From the human T2T-CHM13v2.0 reference genome, Homo sapiens: DNA of 64,000 nt. Within the stretch, counting starts at the first letter, position 1; the number at the start of each line of letters is the position of its first letter. The stretch is taken from the NCBI RefSeq assembly GCF_009914755.1, contig NC_060925.1. One strand, given 5' to 3'. Both the position numbers and the translations under genes were made by a program. The notes below the pieces were generated by a model. The model ran no database searches. It worked only from the letters and a program-made list of their open reading frames with translations, and had not been told where the DNA came from. Of the stretch, positions 53,611 through 64,000 are shown in pieces.

Positions 53611-55769
53611 ATATGATAAAAGCTATAATTAGAAGTGTACAAGATGCCAGGGAGCAGAGGAAATGCAAAGGCTATGTATGTCTTTGAGGGCTGAGGCCAA
53701 CCTTGTCCTCCTGTGTGGTCAACTGAAGTGTATTTCAGGGAACAGGATAACCCAGGCCCTCCTTCCCAAGTCTATTTTCCCCACCTTTTGTTAAACTCTG
53801 TTAAACTTGTTAAGAGAGGTCTGGGTTCTCCATACAGAGAGTTTAAAGTTTCATGAAAGCAGAAGTTCGTGCTCAATCTTAAAGAATGATAAAGGAGGGA
53901 TATTCTTTGACTGATGGATTGGCATGTGCAAAAAGCACCTATAAGAAATTAATGTGGCTAGGGTGTAGGGTGGGAATAATGGGCAGCTCATGCTGGATAA
54001 TAATAATTGTCAACATGATTTCAGATTCTATGCTTAGACTAAAGAACAGTGGCTTTATGATTCAGTGTTGATATCAGGCAATGCTATGATCTAGGGTCAG
54101 AAAGGCATCTGACATTTTCTGAGAGCTTGTTATAAGCCAGGAAACCATGTCTAGGGCTTTATAATCAGCATCACTGTCAACTTTCATAGCCACTCTTTAT
54201 GTTAGCTATCATCAACCCTGTTTTCAGATGAGGAAACTGACTCATTGAAAAATTGAACACTTTTTCCAATGTCATATAACAAAGGAGACTTCTGTCATTA
54301 ATTCTAACTATTCCCAAGCAGAAATTGTTGTTAGAAACCACAGAATGCCTCTGGGAGCTTTCAAGTCAGGAAACAGGGGACCAGAGAGTCCAGGTGACTC
54401 GGCCAAGGTCACCCAGCAAGTTGTTGGGAAAGCCTGGATATGAGCCCAAGACTCCAGAGTTCTCTTCTAGTCCTCCATCATTACTGTCTCGTCAGATTCT
54501 CACTTCCCCAGCTACAGCCTGTGCAAACAAGGGAGACGGTGCAGTGATAGATTGTGCCTAAGAGCTATTTTAATAGCCCTGCTGTTTTGCTGGAGAAACA
54601 CAGATGTTGTGATTTGCTCCTCCTGAAGCCTGCAGCAGGGTTACTACTTAAGCAGCCACCAGATGCTGCTGTTTCCGAAAGACACCTGAATGCAGCCAAG
54701 CTCCTGGGAACACACCAGGAGAACTGCTTAGGTCACCAATGCCCCATGACGTTCATTAACAGCTGCCTTGATCCTTTGCTAACACAGGTACTCTACCCAT
54801 TTGGGTCAAAGCCCCGAGGCAAATGAAGGAATAGTGATTCCAGGTATCAGAACTCCTTGCCTTCACTGAGGCTCACTTAAAACCCAACTCAAGGCCAGTC
54901 ATACTTCATGGACAAGTTCAACCCCATAAAGTGTGGAAAGAAAAGAATGGGGGAGAAAGAGGAAGGAATTCATATTTATTACCTTACCACTACTGCACTT
55001 GATGTCTAATGAATATTTTTTCATTTAATCATTACAACAACTCTGTGAAGAAATTATTATGATCCCTATAACAACAGGTGAGAAATGGAAGCTAGAAAGG
55101 TGATGAAATTCATCAAAATGTAATATAGCTAATCTGAGGTAAAGAAAGGTTTTGACTGTTGGTCTGAAGTGTTCCATGCCTATATAGTTTCCAGGAAAAT
55201 GGCAGCAAAGACTATTTTCAATATCTGGCATGTCAAGTAAAATAACTTGACTCGAGAATCCCTTGGGTAAGCCACTCGTCATCCTATCTCCTTCTCTCTG
55301 GTGGTACTCTTCTTTTCAGGATGGCTCTCTGCCTCCACTCACTCTGGTTCAAAAGCTTCTATGCTCACTCTTTCGGAGATGAGGGAAGGAGAGATGGAGG
55401 GAACCAGGGGCTGACTCATTCAGAATCCATTTTCATAAATGTGAACCTTTTTGCAGTGAAATAAATTTCCCACCTATGGTATCTCCGCATCTCATTCGGC
55501 ATCCGCCATCTCTTGATTATCACTGTGGGTTGTAATGTACACTCTATTAAATGGGCAATAAACACAGCAAGGGTTATTGCCACACATAATAGCTAACAGA
55601 GATCGTATCTTTTTTCCTATTTCAGAGCCTTCCACACCTTTCTCCTGACACCCTTCCTATCTCCCTACTAAAAAAGAAAAGCCGAAATATGCCCTGATCT
55701 GTGGCATACAGTCTTTTCATTCATTCAACAAACCGAGCACTTCATCACGGCCCCCTAGACATGCTTTGC

Positions 55770-56560
55770 TCTCAGCGTCTCCATCTCAGAGAAAGCATCT
55801 CCATCCATCTGACTGCTCAAACCAGAAACCTAGGAGTGATCCTTGGCTCTGCTCTCTCCTTCACTGCTCCCTTCTAATCCATCACAAAACCCAAACCCAC
55901 CTCGTGAATGTGTGTCAATCCATTTCCACTGCCACTACCCTAGTCCAAACTGGCAGTCTTTCTCAGGCTACAACAGTAGTCTCATAATGGGTCCCTCTTT
56001 CCTCTTTGATTTTCTATCCCTCTCCCAAAATACATTCTCCAGGCAGTAACCAGAATGATCTTTTTAAAAAACAAATCTGATTGTGACACTTTCCTATTCT
56101 TAAAACCATTCAGCGGGTGCTAAGTGTTTTTCATTATTTCCTCGTTTCCTCAAATCTCCTTTTTGCTAGTGAAACATCTCTAACACATTCATGTTTCCAC
56201 CCTTGCCCCATGCTTTCTAGTCCTCTCACCATTCTACTTGACTTCTCCCAGGTAACATCCAGGTTGTGTTTCTTTGGCCTGAAACAGGGTTATTCTTTGC
56301 TCCAAATCATATCTGACCTCATACATATGCAGAATGGGTGGATGACTAGATGGTGATATTTGAAGGATTCCTGTCCTAAAATATCTCCCCCACTCCAAAT
56401 TAGACCACATCACTTCCCTGCTTGAGACTCTCTTCTGCCCTCCCCTCCCATAGCCTCTAGGAAAATGGCCCAACTTATTAAGATCATGCACAAAATCCTC
56501 ATTATCTGGATATCTGCACATCCTTCTGGCTTCATCTCTTGCTGTGATTTCCCCCATACA
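55770..56560 (+). mobile_element. L2 fragments
   Basis: tgctcaaaccagaaacctaggagtgatcctt, gccactaccctagtccaa, cagaatgatctttttaaaa...aaatctgat. Confidence 0.75.
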
Positions 56561-56614
56561 CACATGCTTGATTCATCTTTCTTGCATTTAATACTTGAGC
56601 AGTCTTATCTGTTA

Positions 56615-56860
56615 TCACCACCATCCCTACCACCTCCACCACCTTCACCACCCCCACCTCCACCCCCATCTCCACCACTACCTCCGCCCCCACCACCATT
56701 ACTACCACCATCTCCACCATTTCCGCTCCCAACTCCATCCCCCACCACCTCCACTGCTTCCATCCTTAATATCATTATCACTTCCATCACCCCAATCCCC
56801 AGTATCAGCAACTATCTCCATACTACTGCCACCATCATTTCCCCCCACTGTTACCACCAG
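56615..56860. repeat. Degenerate (CCA)n low-complexity repeat
   Basis: caccaccatccctaccacctccaccacc...; source of the poly-Pro/His/Gly ORFs. Confidence 0.9.
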
Positions 56861-57159
56861 TGGATATTTACCTAGTGTTTACTCTGCTATAGGCACTCTG
56901 CTAAGCCTCTCTATATTTTGTCACATATCTGGGTTTGAACTAAGGCACTGTGACTCCAGAATCCAGACTCTTAAGTATTATTCCCTTTTTCTATCACTTG
57001 GAGCTCTCTGAATGTTCTAGGCCGCCTTATCCCTGTGCCCATGGAATATCACAGACTTATAAAATGACGCTTTTCAAAAAACATGCAATAATATCAAATA
57101 ATGGTGTTTTCAAAAAGTTAGGCTATTGAGAAGTCATAAATATAATCCCAATATTTTGT

Positions 57160-57327
57160 TACATTTACATGGAAAAAAATTCTTAAAGAAAATGCAACAG
57201 AAAGTTGAGAATGATTTATTTGGGTGGCATAAATATGGGTAATTCTAATTTTCATCTTGAGTTTTAAAAAATATAGTTTAAATTTAGGTAATGAATATAT
57301 ATTATGTATAAGAACAGAAAAAAAAAC
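57160..57327 (+). mobile_element. L1ME-type 3' UTR end
   Basis: atttgggtggcataaatatgggtaattctaattttc...taatgaatatatattatgtataagaacagaaaaaaaa. Confidence 0.55.
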
Positions 57328-57608
57328 TGGTGTGATTGAAAGATGTGGAAAGTATAGAAATATATTCTTCCAAAGTGTTGCAAAGAAAAAAATCCCTCTT
57401 CTGTGTCCCATAATGGGTTCATAAAAGAAATATAATATGATTTGGTGAAAAGAGCATGGGTGTTGGAGTCTCAATAGCTGACTGTGGCTCTGCCATTAAC
57501 CAACCATACCACTTCAGACCAAACACTTCATCTCTCTGTGTCTCAGGCTTCTCATTCAAAGAATGAGACAAACTGGCTCATTGCAGAGACTTACTTAGGT
57601 AAACATAA

Positions 57609-57938
<330 letters not shown>

Positions 57939-59279
57939 AAATTCTTTCTCTTAAGCCCCAGCCCTTCTTTTCAAGATTGTCTGGAGGATTTCTCTAGTAA
58001 TTCCCCTAAATGCAAACCAAGCACTAGAAACCTTAGGCCTAGAAAATGAATCGGTTAAAAAAATAAATAAATAACCACCCATCTAAGTGAGTGACTCAGG
58101 CCTCAGACTCCTGCTCCATCCTTTAAAAAATGGAAATGAAACCCAGCATTTCACTAAGTGACTTTGACAGTTCTCAGCCATGATGCCAGGGAAAGAGTTC
58201 ATTGTCTGTGCCAACATTCCTGATGACATGAAGTGCCCCAGATCTCTCCTATTCTTCTCTGATTTTTCACCTCCATTGATGGATACTTGGAACAACTGTA
58301 TTTATAATTAGTATTTTTTGTCATTTAAAGTTCACCAGATTTGTAGTCAATTATTGGCTAAAAAACATTTATTATTTGCAATATATTATTAGTTTATTAT
58401 GGCTCATTGCCCTAAAATACTTCGTTTAATCCTTTGCAGGTCCTTAAACACAAATATGGCAGCTATTAGCAACCTCTTCAGTCAGGCATAAAATTGTACC
58501 CAGAGGCCTCATAAACAATACAGTGCTTTGCAAAGATTAAATCAGTGTACACAGCTGTGAAGGAGGCCATTAGGAAATGCATTATCATTCTGTTTTACTG
58601 TTACTTTGTGTGCTACTCTGCTCTTGTCAATCCATCAGCTAGCCCTGCCTCTGCCCTGTAAGTGGAAAAGGTTTTGCATTTTACCAGGCAAGAGACAGCC
58701 ACTGGGAAAAGTAAGATCCCAGCCTTTCTGTGTAAGGTTAAGGGGACTTGGGTGTCATTGTGCAGGGTGAGCTTGGAAAAAGTCAGTGTCACAGTGCTTA
58801 CCTCTTTCAATAAGAGACAGGCATGGAGGGAGCCTTCCATGTGACAAGACTTCCTGGAAGAGGCTAATTTCATATAAAATTGTTTTATTGTTGGCCTTTG
58901 AGTCTTTATTCAAAATTCTGCCTCCAGAAAGAGGAGAAATAGGAGACTGTTATTGATAAAACACCTGTTATGCCATGGGCTTTCTCTGATAGGCATTTAT
59001 TTAGTCAACAGGATGCATTTTGTGGGTGATGCTGAAGCCACATAGAAATGTTAGAAGGGAGCTCAGTGTCTGGTGGGAGAGGTAAACAATTAAGGTATAT
59101 CTAATACTATGTAATCAGTGTAAGGCTTCCTAGCAGAAGGAATATCTGAGCTAAAGCTAAAAGGATATAGAAAAAGTATAAGCAACAAGAGCTATGGGGA
59201 GTCATGGAGATGGGACAGAGTGTATTCCAGACTGTGAGATCAGCATATCCAAAGGCATAGAAGTGTGAAAAAAGAGGGT

Positions 59280-62052
59280 ACTGATGCTCCTGAACTTAGG
59301 ATATATGTTGAAAATATAATAAGTCAAAAATGCATTTAATATATCTAACCAGGGTATTAGTCAATTTTCACACTGCCATAAAGAACTACTTGAGACTGGG
59401 TAATTTATGAAAAAAAAAGAAGTTTAATTGACTCACAGTTCCACATGGCTGGGAAGGCCTCAGAAAACTTATAATCATGGTGGAAGGCAGAGGGGAAGCA
59501 AGAACCTTCTTAACATGGCAGCAGGAGAGAGAGTGAGCAAGGGGGGCAAGTGCCACACTTTAAAACCATCAGATCTCATGAGAACTCACTATCATGTGAA
59601 TAGCATGGGGAAAATCCACCCCCATGATCCAATCACCTCCCACCAGGTCCCTCCCTCCACACATGAAATTACAGTTCAAGATGATTTTTGGGTGGGGACA
59701 CAGAACCAAACCATATCATTCCACCCTGGCCCCTCCTAAATCTCATGTCCTTCTCACATTTAAAAACCAATCATGCCTTCCCAACAGTCCCTCAAAGTCT
59801 TAACTCATTCCAGCATTAACTCAAAAGTCCAAGTCCAAAGTCTCATCTGAGACAAGGCAAGTTCCTTCTGCCTATGAGCCTGTAAAATCAAAAGCAAGTT
59901 AGTTACTTCCAAGATACAATGGGGGTACAGGAATTGGGTAGATGGGAGAAACTGGCCAAAACAAATGGGCTACAGGCCCCATGCAAGTCCAAAACCCAAC
60001 AGGGTAGTCATTAAATCTTAAAGGTCCAAAATAATCTCCTTTGACCCCATGTCTCACATCCAAGACACACTGATGCAAGAAGTAGGTTCCCATGGCCTTG
60101 GACACCTCTGCCTCTGTGACTCTGCAGGGTCAACTCCTGCAGCTGCTTTCATGGGCTGGCATTGAGTGCCTGTGGCTTTTCCATATGCATAGTAAAAGCT
60201 GTTGGTGGATCTACCAGTCTGGGGTCTGGAGGATGATGGCCGTCTTCTCACAGCTCCACTAGGCAGTGCCCCAGTGAGGACTCTGTGTGGTGCTCCAATC
60301 CCACATTTCCCCTCTGCATTACCCTAGTAGAAGTTCTTCATGAGGGCTCCACCCCTGCAGCAGACTTCTGCCTGGACATCTTGAGGCAAAGGCTCCTAAA
60401 GCTCAACTCTTGTCTTCTGCACACCTGCAGGCCTAACACCACATGGAAGCCACCAAGGCTTGGGGCTTGCACCCTCTGAATCAATGGCCTGAGCTGTACC
60501 TTGGCCCCTTTTAGCCACAGCTGGAGCTGGAGTGGCTGGAATGCAGGGTGCCACATCTCGAGGCTGCATGGAGCAGCGGAGCCCTGGGCCTGGTCCCCAA
60601 AACCATTTTTCCCTCCTAGGCCTCTGGGTTTGTGATGTGAGGGGATGCTGTGAAGATCTCTGAAATGGGGCTGCTGTGAAGATCTCTGAAATGCCTTGGT
60701 GGCATTTTCCTCATTGTCTTGGCAATTAACATTTGGCTCCTTGTTACTTATGTAAATTTCTGCAGGCAGCTTGAATTTCTCCCTAGAAAATGGGTTTTTC
60801 TTTTCTACTGCATGGTCAGGCTAGAAATTTTCCAAACCTTTATGCTCTGCTTCCTTTTTAAACGTAAGTTCCAATTTTGGACCAATTCTTTGTGAACACA
60901 TATGGGTGTGTGCTGTTAAGAGCACCTAAGCTACATCTTGAACACTTTGCTGCTTAGCAATTTCTTCCACCAGATACCCTAAATCATCTCTCTCAAGTTC
61001 AAAGTTCCATAGAGCTCTAGGGCAGGGAAAAATGCTGCAAGTCTGTTTGCTAATGCATAGCAAGAGTTATCTTTACTCCAGTTCCCAGTAAGTTCTTCAT
61101 CTCCATCTAAAACCACCTCAGCCTGGACTTCATTATCCATACCACTATCAGCATTTTGGTCAAAACCAATCAACGAGTCTCTAGGAAGTTCCAAACATTC
61201 CCATATCTTCCTCTCTTTGAGCCCTCCAAACTGTTGCAACCTCTGTCCGTTACCTAGTTCAAAAGTCACTTCCACATTTTCAAGTATCTTTATAGCAATG
61301 CCCCACTTCTCTCAGTACCAATTTTCTATACTAGTCCATTTTTACACTGCTACAAAGAAACTACCTGAGACTGGGTAATTTATGAATGAAAAAAAAAGTC
61401 TAATTGGCTCACAGTTCTGAATGGCTGGGGAGGCCTCAGGAAACTTACAATCATGGCAGAAGGCAAAGGTAAGGCAAGAACCTTCTTCACATGGTGGCAG
61501 GAAAGAGGGCAAGCAAGGGGGGGATGTGCCATACTTTAAAACCATCAGATCTTGTTAGAACTCACTCACTGTCATAAGAACAGCATGGGAGAAATCCACT
61601 GGCATGATCCAATCACCTCCCACCAGGTCCTTTCCTCCACATGTGAGGATTACAATTCTAGATGAGATTTGGGTGGGGACACAGAGCCAAACCATATCAC
61701 TTAGTGTACCTTAAGTGTGCTCAGAACATTTATATTAGTGTACAGTTGGGCAAAATCCTCTAACTCAAAGTCTATTTATAATCAAGTGTTGAATATCTTA
61801 TGTGATATGTTGAATACAGTATATTATAGAGCACAGTATGGGTTGTCTGTCCTAGTGACTGCCTGGTTGACTGGGAGCTGCAGCTCACTGCCACTGCCCA
61901 GCATCATAAGAGAGTATCATACCACATATCACTAGAATGAAAAAAGATAAACATTTAAAACTCAAAGTGTGGTTTCTACTGAATGTGTATCACTTTTGCA
62001 CCATCATAAAGTCTAAAAATCATAAGTTGAACCCTGTAAGTCAGGGACCATT
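59280..62052 (+). mobile_element. MER6A-like Tigger-family element split by the provirus (59280-59352 and 61700-62052)
   Basis: gatgctcctgaactt...aagtcaaaaatgcatttaata | gtgctcagaaca...tacagttgggcaaaatc...tttctactgaatgtgtatcacttttgcaccatc. Confidence 0.85.
59353..61699 (-). mobile_element. Complete MaLR provirus, THE1D/MSTA-type (LTR 61327-61699, internal 59719-61326, LTR 59353-59718)
   Basis: Two co-oriented LTRs ending ccaaaccatatca flank about 1.6 kb of internal sequence (tcttaactcattccagcattaactcaaaagtcc, ccagataccctaaatcatctctctcaagttcaaagttcc). Confidence 0.95.
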
Positions 62053-62159
62053 CACATCTTATTTCACCAAGTCCTCCCAGCATCCATTTACAGAATAAAA
62101 GGTTTTTTCTTTTGTCTACCCTTGACTGTGTGCACCTTGCATGGTTCTTTGAAGGCAAA

Positions 62160-62400
62160 CATAACACAATAGCAAGAATGTAGGTTTTAGATTTATGCTC
62201 AGTCAAGTTTGAATTCTTCTTTGGTTATTATCTAGTTGGGTGATTCTGGACAAGTCACTTCTCTGAGCTTCAGTTTCCTATCTGCAAAATGGGACTAATG
62301 ATACCCACCTCAAGGGGTTACCATGAGACTTATGGGAAATAACATATCAAAAGCACCTGCTATATTATCTGGTCACAGAGTAGGGATTCAATATTTGCTG
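62160..62400 (+). mobile_element. MIR
   Basis: ggacaagtcacttctctgagcttcagtttcctatctgcaaaatgggactaat. Confidence 0.85.
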
Positions 62401-63454
62401 GTTTCCTTCCTTCTATTCTTAGACATCAGCCAAAATTTGTCTTTTCCAGGAAGCCTTCCCAGATTCACCAATTTAGAAGTTACCTAAGGTTAGGGACATA
62501 TCCTATGTTGAAATTTTCCCAAAAAACTTTGAATACAGAAGGCTTTGGAGAAATACCAGCTGAAATGAATTACCCTGGCTTTCCCCCATGCACAGCTAGG
62601 AGCTTCCCCTATGTACCTTCAGGCTCTTTTCCTCCAACAGCTGCACACCTGGGCTCTGGGATCTCTTTTCCTTTGCTTTCTCTTAGAAGGCTGTAGGAAG
62701 AAACAAGCAGGAACAGCAATACTTGACCTCTTTGGAAACATTTGCTCAGGATGTGGTATATAGAAAGAAGCAAGAATTTGACCAGGTTTGACCCATTCTG
62801 GAAGTTCTCTAGCCTAATGACTCACTGTAAAATCTGTGCCTGATGTTCCAGCCACAATTACTTTCTGGCTGTTCCCTGAACACACTATCTCTTTTCAATC
62901 TTACATAACTTGGCATTTGCCATGCCATATTCCAGGAATGGTCCTGACTTTGTCTACCACAGTAAAACTCCTCATCCCTTAAGACCCAAAATCTTCTTTT
63001 GTAATTCCTGCAGGGAGGATTACTCAGCCTACCTGATATCCCTCAGACCAGCATTCATACTTTTATGTTATTTCTAACACACTGAAATAACGGATTCATG
63101 TATCTGTTTCCCTTAGTATATTATGATGGGTTGCAGGACAGCAGCCCTGCTTTTTCCTCTTTTTATTATCAGTATTTAGAATAAAGTATGATGTATAGTA
63201 AACCTATATGCATGAATGAATATGAATCTTATCCAGAAGAATTCCTTTAAGAGACTCAGACATATTGAGACCAGCAAGGCATTTGGCAGGGGCTGCAGTG
63301 TAAATGGCAGCTGCCTCAAGAAGAAATCATTACAGAATTTTCTAACCCCTTCCTTTCTGAAGATTGGGTCCAGAGAAGCAGGAAGACGTCTGCCAGAGTG
63401 ATTCACAATGGGTTTTCCCTCAGTTCTGCCCACCATATCACTTATCCCATATTC

Positions 63455-63927
63455 CCATATGAGCTGGTTATTTTCTCTCTGGTACCTTCTCTGCCCTGCT
63501 CTAAGTTCTACGGACAGCTTCATGGGGCTCCATTGCATTCTTGTTCCTGGCTGGGTTCTGTCAAAGGGAAGCTCAGAGAGGTCAAGGGACAGGAAGAGAG
63601 AGATACTGGGGCCCTTCTTTACTCCCTTCCTGACTTAGTGCCCCTTCTTCAGGCTGTATACATCTAGGAATGTAGGTCCCTGGCAGCCCTTCCTTCATAG
63701 CTCTGACTCCCACCTGCCCAGGTAACAGTTACCCATCCCCTCCACCCCCGCCAGCTCCTTCAGCCTTGGAAATGGCAATAGCTTCCCACTATTGACAGCC
63801 TTGGGTGCTTTACCACCCCTTACTTGATGCTTCAACCCTGTTTAGAGTTAGGGGTACTTTCATTAAAGTAACTTCCCAGAACCATCTGAGATTAATTCTG
63901 CTTCCTGACAGGGCCCTGGTTGGTATA
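63455..63927 (+). mobile_element. LTR33-like ERVL solo LTR
   Basis: tgccctgctct...ctacggac...ccttcagccttggaaatggcaatagcttcccact...ttcattaaa...cttcctgacagggccctg. Confidence 0.7.
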
Positions 63928-64000
63928 TCTTCCCATAGATAGCATCAGGCAAGAGCTACTCTTCTCTTCCCAGTCTCATTCATGATATGGCCCTTAGAAA

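Noticed and set aside
56465-57011. Poly-Pro, poly-His and poly-Gly ORFs
   Set aside because: Frames of a degenerate (CCA)n repeat

Overview
Primate genomic DNA, most likely human or another catarrhine (AluY, AluJ/S and THE1/MST elements present). It has no CpG island and no protein-coding gene that I can recognise, and looks like the interior of a large intron or an intergenic region. It is dominated by interspersed repeats: many MIR and L2 relics, 10 Alus, an old L1M 3' fragment, a near-full-length Tigger1, several Tigger/hAT MITEs, about 10 solo LTRs and one complete MaLR provirus (LTR-int-LTR). Unique stretches between repeats carry enhancer-like motif clusters and a few unverified splice-site-bounded segments. 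The supplied ORF track looks like noise or repeat-derived frames. I found no convincing novel gene system. The best leads are: (i) a 50-bp templated insertion with a fold-back junction inside an MLT1 LTR; (ii) three interlocked perfect palindromes at 43.3 kb overlapping a candidate poison exon; (iii) an MSTA LTR with a perfect DUX4 site and splice donors upstream of a candidate exon; (iv) a near-perfect RFX X-box in an enhancer-like block; (v) multi-layer TE nesting. Repeat names come from recalled consensus sequences, not a database search. Boundaries of old MIR/L2 copies are approximate.
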